A stretch of DNA of 64,000 nt from assembly GCF_006345805.1 (NCBI RefSeq), contig NC_043000.1, positions 80,290,001-80,354,000 on the forward strand. The letters are read 5' to 3'. This document shows, piece by piece, positions 1-13,130 of this stretch; position 1 is the stretch's first letter; each line of letters opens with the position of its first letter. Source of the stretch: Octopus sinensis (taxonomy: Eukaryota). A program made the position numbers and the translations under genes. The notes beneath the pieces are model-generated. The model was not told the origin of the DNA and searched no databases. It worked only from the letters and a program-made list of their open reading frames with translations.

Positions 1-3000
1 CCTGGGTCTACCTCTCCCCCTGATTCCTTCAACTGTTTGGGTGCGGCACTTCTTCACACATCTCTCCTCATCCATCCGCAGTACATGACCATACCATCAC
101 AAGCGTCGCTCTTGCACACCACATCTGATGCTTCTTATGTCCAGCATTTCTCTCAGGGTGCTTACACTCTGTCGTGCATTCACACTGACATTACACATCC
201 AGCGGATCATGCTAGCTTCATTTCTTTCAAGTCTACGCATGTCCTCTGCAGTCACGGCCTATGTTTCACTACCATGAAGCATGGCAGTTCGCACACATGC
301 ATCATACAATCTACCTTTCACTCTGAGTGAGAGACCCTTTGTCGCCAGTAGGGGTAGGAGCTTTCTAAACTTTGCCCAGGCTATTCATATTCTAGTGGTG
401 ACACTCTCTGAGCATCCACCTCCACTACTAACTTGGTCACCCAGGTAGCGGAAACTATCAACTACTTCTAGTTTCTCCCCCTGGAGTGTGATGGAATCTG
501 TTTTCTGAGTATTTGTGGTGTCTATTGTCCCTGTGCATCTGCCGCACATGAAAGCTATCTTATCAGTTAATTTCCCTTTGATGTTGCTGCACCTCTTATG
601 CGTCCATAGCTTACACTGGGTGCATCTTATGGAGTTTCTACCTGCACCTTTCCTACAGATCGAGCAGGGCCACCTGCCCGATGGGGTGTGTGCTGAGTTC
701 GCCTTTCTGCTTACTATAACTTTGATCTTTGCTACATTTACTCTAAGGCCCTTTGATTCTAACCCTTGTTTCCACGCTCGAAATTTCTTTTCTAGTTCCG
801 GTAGTGATTCTGCTATGAGAGCCAGCTCATCAGCATAGAGGAGCTCCCAGGGGCAACCTGTTTTGAATTCCTCTGTTATTGCCTGGAGGACTATAATGAA
901 TAAAAGGGGACTGAGGGCTGAACCTTGGTGTACACCTACTTCTAACCGGAATTCTTCACTATATTCGTTGCCAATCCTAACCTTGCTGACAGCCTCTCTG
1001 TATAGGGCCTGTACAGCCCTTATTAGCCATTCGTCAATCTCCAGTTTCCGCATCGACCACCAGATAATGGATCGGGGGACCCTGTCAAAGGCTTTCTCCA
1101 AGTCCACAAAAGCTATGTAGAGGGGTTTATCTTTAGCTAGGTACTTTTCCTGCAGTTGTCGGACTAGGAATATAGCATCAGTGGTGCTTCTACCCGGCAC
1201 AAAACCGAACTGCATCTCATCTAAGCAAATTCTCTCCCTAATGAGATGGTTTATGACCCTTTCTGTGACCTTCATCACCTGATCCAACAGTTTAATACCC
1301 CTGTAGTTATTTCTATCTAGAGTATCACCCTTACCCTTGTAGCAGTTGACTATGGTGCTGCTATGCCAGTCATTGGGTATGACTCCATTATGAACTACCT
1401 GGTTTACAATACGGGTGACTAGGCCATAGCCCACATAACCAGCTGTTTTAAGCATCTCAGCAGTGATACCTGATGGGCCGGGGGCTTTACCTGGTTTCAT
1501 ACCCTTAATTGCCTTAACTACAAGGGAGCTGTCTATTTGGATAGCTGGTCCCTCTACTGGGTCAACATTTGGCAGGCTCTCCTCCTCCCATTCATTCTCC
1601 ACATTCAGCAGTCTTTCATAATGGCTTCTCCAAGCCTCTTTCTTTTCACCAACATTAAAAGCAAGTGCCCCATCATCCATGCGGACACATTTCTCTCCTG
1701 TAACATCACTATTTTCTCTCACACACTGTCTAGTAATCCGAAATACCTCAGTTCTTTGGTCCTTACGTCGCTGGACATTGGCAAACTTCTTCTTTTCTGC
1801 TATATCTTTGGCTATATATACCTGCCACCCGGCCTCCCTTTTGGCTACTTGGTACAGTTCCCTACTACCCCCATCCCTCCAGGCTCTCTAGGCCTGTTTT
1901 TTTGCACTAATGGCTTTGTCTACTGCACTATTCCACCACCACGTAACTCTAGGTCTGGAAGGGACTTTGCACCATCCACAGACTTGGTCTGTGGCACTCA
2001 GCAAGCTGTCCCGTAGGAATTTCCAGCTACCTTCTATGTCCGACGTCTGTAGCTCCTCCTCCCTCTCATCAAATTTCTTGATGAGGATGTCCCTAAATCT
2101 CTGACCATGTGAAAGGTTCTTTAGCTTCCAAATCCTTCTTTTCTGGATTGGTCTGTTTCTTGGAGTCCTTCTGGCCTCAAGCCTAAAGTCACTAATGATT
2201 AGCCTATGCTGAGGGATACATTCTTCACCCGAGAGGGTCTTTGTATTTAAGAGCAACCCTGCATCCCGCTGTCTGGTGAGGATGAAGTCTATTTGGCTAG
2301 CGGAGTCTCCTGACTGATAAGTTATAAGGTGGCAGTCAGGCTTCCTGAAGTTAGTGTTGCAGATTAAAAGGTTACATGCATCACAGAATTCCAGTAGTCT
2401 AGTTCCCTCATCATTTCTGGTGCCAATACCATGGCCACCGGGTACCCCAGTGAAGATACCCGATTTCCGCCCAACATGCCCATTAAAGTCTCCACCCACA
2501 AAGATGAGGTCCTTGCCACTAGTCTTTGAGGTAGCTTGTAGAAGGGTATCATAAAAGTGGTCCTTCTGATCATTTGGTAGCCCCGCATGTGGGACATAGG
2601 CGGAGATAATCGTAGCTGTGCCACTCTGTAGGACCAACCTGAGCTTAAGCACTCTATTGCAAACCCTGACAACCTCTATGACCTTATCCACCCATTTCTC
2701 CGCAAGGAGAATGCCTACACCCCCTACCCCATCCATGTTACCTTGCCAGAAGACTTTATACCTATGTGCCTTGCCTGTGAGGACCCTAGCTGAAGCACCT
2801 CTCCATCTTACCTCTTGTATGCAGCATACATCAACCCATCTTCTCTCAAGCATCTCTACAAGCTCACTAGACCTACCTTTCAGTGTACCAGCATTGACAG
2901 TGCCAACTCTGAAAACTGGGAAGGAGATGTGGGGAGGAGGGGTGCAATTCAGCGCCTGAAAAGAAGAGGGTTGTTGTGGTGGTGATCGTTTTTTAGGCAT

Positions 3001-3640
3001 TTTTCGTCTGATCTCTCTTCTGACCTGACAACATTCAAGCATTTAGGCATGTTAAGGTTCTGGCCTGGTGTTAGCAGCATTGTAAGCATAAGCATTAAGG
3101 TCATTGATGATGTAGATGTAAGCTCTGTGGTAGAAATACTGAAATTCTAGGTGTTAGTAGTATTCTAAGCAAGCATTATGGTCATTGAGAAACGTGGTTT
3201 AAGCAGTGTAGCAGAAACATGGAGATTCTAGAGATGGGCTGGGGGTGGGGTGGGGGGTTCCAGCAGGGAGAAGAGAGAGAGTGGGGGGAGGAAATGGGGG
3301 AGAGAGTGCAGGTAATATAGGGGAGCACCAATGGGGAGGGGTGTTAGGAGAAACGATGACAAGTAGGGGTGGTGGCAGGATCTAGACAAAATTAAACGTA
3401 GGATATCACGAGAGGGGGGGACTGGAAGGAGGGGAAGATAAGCAGGGGTAATACATAGTGAAATAGCGTATTGAGGAGGAGGGGTTCGAGGAGTAGACAC
3501 ACATAATGGTTGTGGGAGAAGGGATATCCGGTATAGATGGAGTAAATATATAGAGAGATATCCGGTATTGGTGGTGGGGGTGGGAAAGGGCGGGTGCACC
3601 GCGAATGGCGTTGCACCGCGAATGGCGAAGTTTTGATTCA
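1..3640 (-). mobile_element. RTE-clade LINE copy 1 (5' region, APE endonuclease, RT with PHD finger); runs off the left edge; inactivated
   Basis: ORF 1888-3042 is an APE domain (RVGTVNAGTL, CCIQEVRW, GDFNGHVG, SQIDFIL). It is in frame, via a single TGG>TAG, with ORF 385-1722, which is RT (QFGFVPG, FVDLEKAFD, VHQGSALSP, YADE, FRYLG). The frame continues through further stops to RGRPR at the window edge. The catalytic YADD is changed to YADE. Confidence 0.95.
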
Positions 3641-4052
3641 GGAGAGAGTGGCAGATATATGGAAAGAGAAGAATTAGGCAAACGGGGTTTGAAGAAACAA
3701 TGTCATAGACAATGGAAAAATTATAGTAGAGAGCGAGCAAAGGACAATATAATATGGAGAAAGGAACAAAGTAGAGAAAGAAAGAAGGAAAGAAAGAAAG
3801 AAATTATCAGCACATAGGAACGAATTATTACGAGATAGGACTAAAAATGAAAAGATTATATTTTGGGAGACAATATCAACAGCTTAGCTCATGAAAAGAA
3901 ACAACAAGCAGATTAGTAAATAGATAATACATTTTAAGTGTTAGTGGCGAATGTAGTACGAGTGGTCAAGAAGTGAAATGAGGAATTATTAGCTTATCTA
4001 GCTTCGGACATCGCTGCTCGATGAATTAATATGTAGCACATGGAGGTGTCTT

Positions 4053-4083
<31 letters not shown>

Positions 4084-4084
4084 C

Positions 4085-5362
4085 TTGGGTCATTCCATAA
4101 ATAATGTGGTTTTTTCAAATGTATGAATTATAAGTCAGAGGGGAATGGGATAAACTACTTGCGTCAACTTGCTATAAAAGCATGTAGCAATTTTATCTTG
4201 TCCTTATTCTTAGTAGAAGTTTTGAAGAGTGCAGTTATTTTTTCAAATCTATAATGGAAGCGCAAAGGAGCAAATTCAGAATATTTTGTTTTATGTGTTC
4301 AATAAAGGCAACAACATGACAGAAAGTGCAAGGAATATTGATATTAATATGGAGGTCAGACAATAAGCATAACTTAGTGTCAACGGTGGTTCCAGAAATT
4401 CCAAGCCAGAAACTACAGCCTAGAAGATGAGCCTAATCCTAGAAGATCTGTGGAGCTCGACAAGGATGTCTAGCAAACCCTGGTGGAACAAAATCTCATC
4501 ATAATTGTTGAGGAACTAGCAGAGAAGCTTGGATTTAGTCATTTAACCATTCATCGATACCTGCGTGCCATTAGAAAAGTTAGCAAATTAGGTCAATGGG
4601 TTCCTTACAATTTTTCCGAGTCTAATCACATGCAGTGAGTGAATGTGTGCTCATCTTTGCTGTCACCTCTCATGAATGAACCTTTTTTTTTGGCTAAATA
4701 GTGACTGGTGATGAGAAATGAGTTCTTTTTAAAAATGTTAAGTGTCGAAAACAGAGAGTATGGAAAGGAGAAACACCATCATCCCATGCTAAAGAAAGTC
4801 TTCATCCACATAAGGTGTTGCTATTTGTTTTGTGGGATAGGAAAGGTTTACTCCACTTTGATCTTTTAAACCCAAACCAAATGATAACAAACAAGATCTA
4901 CTGTGAGCAACTTGAGTGGTTTAAATCAGTGCTAGAAGAAAAATGACCGTTTTTAGTTTCAAGACAAAAGGTGTTCTTCCATCAGGATAATACTTGGCCA
5001 CATACAGCGAGGATAACCTTCCAAAGCCTGGAGTAATTGGAATGGGAAACGATGCCTCACCCATCATATATGTCAGACATTGCTCCATTTGATTGTCATT
5101 TACTATGCAGTCTTCAAAATCATTTGGATGGAAAAAATATGAATTCTGTAGACAAGGGCAAAACAGTACTGGAGGAGTATTTTTCATCATGGACAAGTGA
5201 ATTTTGAAAGAGGAGCTTTGCAAGTCTACCAGATAGATGGAAAAGTATTGTAGAAAAGGAAGGAGAGTATATTTTAGATTTAAAAAGAACTTTGTTTATC
5301 TAAATTTTGAAAATAAAAGAACTATCATAAAAAATAACTGCATTATTTATGGGATGACCCAA
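4085..5362 (+). mobile_element. Full-length decayed mariner (DD34D) transposon
   Basis: TIRs ttgggtcattccataaataatg (4085) and cattatttatgggatgacccaa (ends 5362), lying in TA tracts. Transposase relics VTGDEK, FHQDN, and SDIAPFD with 34 residues between the second and third Asp. Many stops and frameshifts. Confidence 0.92.
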
Positions 5363-5583
5363 TATATATGTGTATATATTATATATAGACACACACACAC
5401 ACATATATATAAATATATATATATATATAGAAAGATAGATAGATAGATACACATATATATACATGCATATATATATATATATATATATATATCACCGGCG
5501 ATTTTTTTTTTCCTCTGTCTTCCCTTCTCGGGATCTTTCCTTCTCCTATGTTGTGTTTTTTTTTTGTTTTCTTGTTTGGATTA

Positions 5584-5621
<38 letters not shown>

Positions 5622-5772
5622 TATACATATATACATATATATATATATACATTTATATACATACATATATGCATATATATATTTATGTATGTATATATAT
5701 GTATATATATATGTGAACCCTTATTCATGAATATATAAAATGTATGTATTCATATCTATGTATTTCTACATT

Positions 5773-5804
<32 letters not shown>

Positions 5805-5896
5805 AGTATGTATATATATATATACACACACACATACATACTTCAATGTATATGCATATGCATTTGCACATATACACACAATATATATATATAAAT
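5363..5896. repeat. (TA)n/(CA)n/(GATA)n low-complexity tract
   Basis: Direct inspection. It explains the spurious Y/I-rich ORFs. Confidence 0.9.
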
Positions 5897-6096
5897 GCAG
5901 GAGCAGCTGTGTGGTAAGTAGCTTGCTTACCAACCACATGGTTCCAGGTTCAGTCCCACTGTGTGGCACCTTGGGCAAGTGTCTTCTAATATGGCCTTGG
6001 GCTGACCAAAGCCTTATGAGTGGATTTGGTAGACAGAAACTGAAAGAAGCCTGTCATATATATGTATATCTATCTATCTATCTATTTTTCTATCTA

Positions 6097-6160
<64 letters not shown>

Positions 6161-6390
6161 ATATATTATATATATATATATATATGTATGTTTGTGTGTC
6201 TGTGTTTGTCTCCCCAACATCACTTGAGAACCGATGGTGGTGTGCTTACATCCCCGTAACTTAGCGGTTCAGCGAAGAGACCAATAGAAGAAGTACTACA
6301 CTTACAAACAATAAGTCATGGGGTCGATTTGCTCAACTAAAGGTGGTGCTCCAGCATGGCCACAGTCAAATGACTGAAACAAGTAAAACA
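5897..6390 (+). mobile_element. SINE family A (tRNA-like head, internal microsatellite, gactgaaacaagtaaaa tail)
   Basis: A-box-like gtggtaag and B-box-like ggttcagtcc. Body ggatttggtagacagaaactgaaagaagcc and tail gctccagcatggccacagtcaaatgactgaaacaagt recur in about 9 copies in the window. Confidence 0.85.
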
Positions 6391-6417
6391 GTGTATATAT
6401 ATATATATATATATATT

Positions 6418-7405
6418 CACAGTCAAAATATATATATTTATTAAATGTATTTTCATTAATCTATTATCAGAAAGGTTAAGTTGTTAGAGTTATGTTATGG
6501 GAAGTTTAATATCTAGATTGATCAGTTAAGAGGTCAAATAAAAAGAAAAGCTGAAAGAGAGGGAGTGAAGATAAAAAATAAAATGTAATATAATGAAATA
6601 AAATGTTACACATTTCTAAATATCTATTTTATAAATGTCATTAATCATTCTTTAATCATTAATATCCCTAACTGTTAGGTTCCTCATTAACCATAAATAT
6701 TTTTACTAAATTTGAAACTGAATTAATTAGATCTTTATTAGAACCAGCATTTATATCTATAATCTTATTCAATATAAAATATATCACTTGCCTAAATATG
6801 CTTATTTCTAACATGTACAAAATATATATAAATGATTATATTCCAACAATCCTTCAATTTTATTTCTTTTGTAACACATATAAATAACATCTCTTTATGT
6901 ATAAATTCCTAGCATATGCGTTATTTCTTTTTTACTTTTACAGAGTAAATTAAATTATGATATAATTCATATTTGTTAAAGTATCTTTAAATATCAACAC
7001 TTGTATTAACTACTAAATATTTCTAATCTGCCTTAGCAAAAAAATTAATAATAAATACAAATACTGCATTTTTTCTTCATATATAACATAATATGCTGTT
7101 CCTGCATATAATGAAATGATCTCCAATTTACTTATTTATTTAGTTAATAATTAATAATTACAAACATCATGTTACATTATAACAAATGCCCAATATATGC
7201 TCCCGTATATTCTACTACATTTTATTTCATTATATTACATTTTATTTTTTCTCTTCATTCTCTCATTTCAACTTTTCTTTTTATTTGACCTCTTAACTGA
7301 TCACTTTTAGATATTAAACTTTCCATAACATAACTTTAACAACTTAACCTTTCTGATAATAGATAAATGAAAATATATTTAATAAATATATATATTTTGA
7401 CTTTG
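6418..7405. mobile_element. Non-coding element with ~186-bp terminal inverted repeats (foldback/MITE-like)
   Basis: 6421-6606 is the reverse complement of 7217-7402 with scattered mismatches. The interior is AT-rich with no ORF. No clear TSD. Confidence 0.75.
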
Positions 7406-7768
7406 AGATATTTTCCTTAGTTTTCATCAGTAGATCTCACTGTTAGCCATGTGTTAAATTTATACTCACTTCGTCATGCCTGTCAAGATCATTGAAAGAC
7501 TAGTACTAAATTCAAACAACATCAATGTATAATTATACATAAATGAAAATATTATTATTAATAAATAATAACAAAAATAATATAAGTAGGCAGCAAACAT
7601 TAAAGCCAAAAAGGCAAATTTATAAATTCATAATTAATCATTAATAAAAAATATGGGTACAGGAAGTATCAGCATTGCTAGAAATAAGAGTAAAAAAATA
7701 CTCAAATAATCCACCGTTTTACTGAAAATACAAGTTGATGAAAACTGAGGGACAAGCAAAATTTCTGT

Positions 7769-7804
<36 letters not shown>

Positions 7805-8439
7805 CACACACACCTATATATATATATATATAAAACATTAAAAATATTTCACATAAGCCAAGAAATATGGAAAAATAAGAAGAAAAAGGAAAAGAAAATG
7901 CATTTTTCTTTTTATATGGCAGTAAATTAATTCCAAAATATATTATGACAGTCAAATAATTTCAAGATATGATAATATGCATTGAAAAACAGATTGTCAC
8001 TGACAAATTATTTCCAAAGACATTATTGCATATTCCAAAATGTCATCTCATATACAAAATATATTACTACAATCAACTCATTTCTAGATTATAGATTCCA
8101 ATGTACATTCAAATAATTTTGGAGTCCATAATTATAAAAATACAACAAGGTGCATGTTTTCAAACCGGTTTTACTTCTTACGGAAGATATTCATTGCAAT
8201 GTATTTGTATAATGGCTTGCTACTTGCCTTCCTTTAATATATAATGCATTTAACAAATGTAGCCACATTCTAGATTCACTAGGCAACAAGTGGAGTAACA
8301 TTTTATGTTATTACATCCAGATTAAGTAGGAATATAAATTTTTATACTTCAAAAATATAAAGGGAAAATATATCTCATAAATATTAGGAAATGAATTAAA
8401 AATGAGTGTCAGCATTTAGTTAATAATTTAAACTTGGTT

Positions 8440-9190
8440 TATATTTTACTATTAAAAAAATTTCTTTCTTGATACTTTGTTGTTCTATCATATTTTCTGC
8501 ATGATGATGTAGTAGGAACAGTTTAAAATCTGGTTGCTGAGTTCCTGCACATCTATCTAAATGCTGAGTCAAATTCTTCTATTGTTCAGATCATGTAGTT
8601 CTTCCAGGTGAACTGTCTTGCTTTTTCTGAGTGACATACTTGTTTGGGCAATATAATTCTTGCCACACCCAATGCATGTTAAGACATAAATTAAGTTTTC
8701 CAAAAGGCATAGAAAGTTTATTTAAAATTTGTCTATTTTTGAAGCAGAACACAGAGCCTTTAGGCATATAGATATATTCAACAACTTGAACTTCTATATT
8801 TTTTAACTATTGGGTAATGTTAGTTGGTAGTTGGGCACTTGTTAAATGTTTTTTTAATGAATGAGAATATTTTTTACTGTTTATTGTATTTTGTCTAAGT
8901 TTCTCCTCATTCTAAGATCATGTTTTAACAGGTAAATTTTACTTAATTGCAATAAACACCTCAGTATTCATTTGGCTATGGATTAAGATGTACAGTAAAA
9001 CATTTGTTTCTATTTTGGTTTTCACAATTCTTAAATCACTGATATCAATTTCTTCTGCTCTTTTGATTGCATTATGAATTAATGATGGTGGATAATATCT
9101 GCTAATTAGGCTATCTTTTAGCTCATTTAGCATTTTCTTTCAGGTGCTCACATTTGATATAATAGTGCATAACCTTTTTTGCTTGATTGT
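8440..9190 (-). mobile_element. Penelope-like element remnant (RT C-terminus plus GIY-YIG endonuclease)
   Basis: Minus-strand LISRYYPPSLIHNAIKRA resembles the PLE thumb/linker. LIYVLTCIGCGKNYIAQT is a GIY-YIG-type motif. Frameshifted. Confidence 0.75.
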
Positions 9191-9764
9191 ACAGGATATT
9201 GACTCTCATGTGCTTTGGTTGGCATGAAGCAAAAAGTAAATATTGTGTGCATGTGTATGTATATATGCCCACACTCACACGCACTCATACATGCATACAC
9301 ACATTCCTTCATCCATTTGATGTTCATTTTTACTATGCTAAAATGGGTTTGGACATGGAGTTATTTGAGGCTAGATTTTATAGCCAAATGCTCTTCTTTT
9401 CACCAACCCTTGCCTGTTTTCAAGTCAGGGATTTATTTTTGTTTTGTCTTTAAGAGTGACAGTAATAAGTGAACAAGAAATGTCAGCATCAGCATTACTT
9501 CACTCAATCAGTGACAAGTCCAGAATAATCAACATCCATGCTCCCCACCCCCATATATGCTCTCATGGATGTATAAAATGTTTGTGTAAAATTAATGATT
9601 CAAGGTATAGCTGCTTAAGACTTCCATGTGAGGGGATCAGTCAGGCTAAGTCAAAGGGAATGAAGAAAACAAAGATGGTAGATAGAACTGTTACCACAAA
9701 CCTGCTAACCTTCGAACATCCTTCACCCAGCGAGTATAAAATATAAATAAAATCAGAGCAGGCA

Positions 9765-9975
9765 GTATCAGTAGGATGCTAAGTGAAATACTTCACAGCA
9801 TTTTGTCCGTCTTTATGTTCTGAGTTCAAATTCCTCTGGGGTCAAACTTGTTTTCATCCTTTCAAGGTTAATAAAATAAATACCAGCTGAGTACTGGGGT
9901 TGATTTAATGGACTAAGCCCCTCTCTCCAAACTGCTGAGGATGTAAATTTTGTGTAAGAATAAATGTTGTAAACT
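9765..9975 (+). mobile_element. SINE family B
   Basis: gttctgagttcaaatt...tttcatccttt...ataaaataaataccagctgagtactggggt, matching the copy at 39263. Confidence 0.75.
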
Positions 9976-10599
9976 TCATGACACAATAAAAAAAACATTA
10001 GTTTAGAGGAGTACTATCCTGTAGAGAATTCCACAAAAAAAAACTCTAAGATTATCTAAAGAAACTTTAATTGTATAAGCATGATCCAAAAATTAATTTG
10101 GCAACAGAAAAAGTACCTGACCATAAAAATCTTACCTCACATGCCATCCCTCACCTTACTAACATGGGAAATCCAATTTGCCCTTTTTTATGACACAAGG
10201 GTATGACTTGAGAAAAGCGCGGCTACTCTTTCTGGCAAGCCACATGACCATGTACAAGCTGCCTCACTATGTTCCATATAGAAATGGGGTTTGTTGTTCT
10301 TGTTTAACTCCAGGTGAACCCTGATACAGCAGACTTCTCTTCAAAGATGTTCTAACCATGATGATCCAATCATTTATTTAGATAGTACATCAAAGTCAAC
10401 ATTTTCACATCTGCTTTTCTTATGTTAAGTCAATAGCCTGCTGTTTTTGCCAGGTGGAGCAACCATGGAAGTAAATATATTGATTTCAAATTTTGACAAA
10501 AGGCCATCAATTTCAAGAGAGGGAGTAAATCAATTACATTGACCCCACTGTTCAACTGGTAGTTATTTTATCCACCCTGAAATGACTAGGAGGAGAAAT

Positions 10600-13130
10600 T
10601 TCAGTTGGTTCTCTGTCTGGCTCTTGAGGGACAAATGTTTGGGTTAAGTTGCCAGTTGGGTTAATCTTCCCTGGTGATGTCAATTGTTTTGTGGATACTG
10701 TGGTTTCATGACTGTCTGAGTATTGGCTTCGATTAAATCAACTTGGTCCACAATAGGGTCATACTTATTAGTACAATTGTTCCTTTGAAAAAGCACAGGT
10801 CCTGGGTTAAGAAGCCATGTTTGCATAGATGTTTCTGTTGCTGAATGTCTTGGATAGTTAAAAAGACGTTCATGAGGAGTGGTGTAAGTGGATGTACAAA
10901 GTAGGGATCTGATTGAATGCAATGCGTCTAGAAGAACCGTTTCCCATGAAGATACTGGAAGGGCACAGGTTTTCAAAGAGAGTAGTACTGACTTCCAAAT
11001 AATACCATTATATCTTTCTACTTGACTTTCCCAGTAGGATTGTATAGTGTCATCCTACTCATTGCAATGCCCTTCCTGAGGAGCCAATTCTCTCAATCTT
11101 GTATACATGAAAGCCATTTCCTGGTCTGAATGTACATAACTGGGCATACCAAAAACTGAGAACAAGTCTGTAAGACACTTTATTACAGTCTGAGCCGATG
11201 TGTCAGATGCTGGATAACCAAACGGAAACTGAGAATATTCGTCAACTATTGGTAGGAGATAAGGATGCTTTGTGGAAGGAATTGGACCTTTGAAATCGAT
11301 GGAAATTCGCTCGAAGGGCTGCATGGCCTTAACTAAGTTAACTGAGTCTGGTTTATAATATTGTGGTTTCAGAAATTCCTACATATTTGCTTCATGTTCT
11401 CTAACAAATATGGAAGATTTCTACTGCGGACGAAATGATGAAGGTGTATTATACCAGGATGGCACAGTGATGCAAGTAACTCATAAAGTGAATGTGAACT
11501 AATTGCTGAACAGTGTACCCTTGTGAATGCATCCAGAGCAATGTTGCTGGATGCTGGGTGATAGTGAATATCATATGAGATAACGCAATGCGCCATCTCA
11601 TAATTTTATCATTTTTAATTTTGCTCGTCACTTTATACATGAATGCAACAGAACGTTGATCAGTAATTAATGTAAAATGTCTACCTAGAAGAAAGTGTCT
11701 CCAACGATGAATTGATTCGATAATTGCTTGGGCTTCCTTTTCAACTGAGGAGTGGTACTGTTCACTACCTTGCAGCATGTGAGAATGGAATGCAACTGGT
11801 CTTCCATCTTGATTTAGTGTTGCAGATATGGCAAAATCCAAAGCACCCGTCTCAACAGTAAATGGAATGTTCTCATCTATTACTTGAATGGCAGCATTGG
11901 CTAGTTCTACCTTTAATGACTCAAATGCTTTTACTTGTTGACTGTTTAGAGGAAATTTTAATACGTTATTTAGAGGATATATTTTGTCAGAAAATTTGGA
12001 GATCCACTTAGTATAAGAAAACATATCGGCTATGCGTTTTAATGATTTCTGGTCAGTTGGTGTAGGAAGATTGAGGAGTGGAGCAAGCCTTTCTGGGTCA
12101 GGGCTGAGGGTATTGTATGAGATATGGTATCCAAGAAAGTCAAGAGTTGTTGCTGAGTAAGTGCATTTGTCTTTATTCATGGTAAGCCCTTCACTTTTTG
12201 CTGCCATTTCAAAATTTTCAAAATTTTTATCATGGTCATTTTGATCTTTTCCACATATGGTTGAATTGTCTATGAATGGGAACATATCTTGCAGCTTATA
12301 TTTACTCATGAAGTCGTCCATTATATGTTGGAAACATGCACTACCATTAGTTACTCTGAATGGCATTCTAATATAATGCCGTAATTTACAATCAGCTTCA
12401 AAGGCAGTGAATTGACGGTCTTTCTCTGATAGAGGAATCTGATGGTATGCTGAATGTAAGTCTATAGTACTGTAGACTTTATACTTGGCGATAGTGTTCA
12501 CTAACTCATCAGTTTTAGGAAGTGGGTAGGCACCAAGCTGTGTATATTTGTTAATCTTTTCTAAGTTGTCAATCACCATTCTTCGCCTTTTTTTTCTTGA
12601 ACAACTAACACTTGCAATCTCCAAGGGGAGTTACTAGGTTTAATAATGTTCGCATCTGCTAAGCAGCATACTTCTGTCCCGATGAACTCTCGATCATGTT
12701 CCGAGTATTTTCACGATTTGGCTGCAATAGGTTTGCAGTCCTCTCTGAGATGAGTGAATAGCTTTGGAGGATCAATTTTCATAGCTGTCAGCACAGTAAA
12801 TGTTAATGGTGGTCTCTGTCCTCCATATAGTATGGTAATACTTTCATGCCATTATTAGAAGTCAGTACCCAGAATTAGGTCAGTGTGCAAGTTTCTAAGC
12901 ATGTACAGTTTCACATGGTAGTATTTCTGATTATTCAGGGTTAGTGAAACAGTGCAGTATCCCTTGTATTCCGCAGAAAGAGATGCAGAAGCCATACCAA
13001 TGATGTTCTTCAATTTTACCGTCTTGATATGAGTGTGTTCACTAGCTTCTCACTAATGAAGCTCTTGTCAGTGTTACCACTATCAATTAAAGCTTCAGCT
13101 TTATAGCTATTGTTCAGTATAACCATTTTT
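10600..13130 (-). mobile_element. Ty3/Gypsy pol remnant (protease, RT, RNase H, integrase); no LTR seen
   Basis: Protease LIDSG (~13084). ORF 11449-12624 has YPLP, IDLHSAYHQIPL, MPF.VTNG, FIDN, FLGY and ETGALDFAI..L.Q...PVAF. Integrase zinc motif LCHPG and core FERISIDFKGP...VDEYS...HSDQ. PR-RT-RH-IN order. Confidence 0.93.

Noticed and set aside
37-2959. Plus-strand ORFs overlapping RTE copy 1, and similar antisense ORFs over the other LINEs
   Set aside because: They are antisense shadows of TE coding sequence with no independent motifs.
5379-6264. Many Y/I/H/T/V/C-rich ORFs here and at 17409-18349, 25127-25911, 30584-31179, 42736-43462 and 54330-55339
   Set aside because: They are translations of (TA)n, (CA)n and (TATG)n microsatellites, not proteins.
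10420-10680. Search for a Gypsy 3' LTR and polypurine tract
   Set aside because: No direct repeat matching the 5' side was found. The region passes into a partial minus-strand SINE B.
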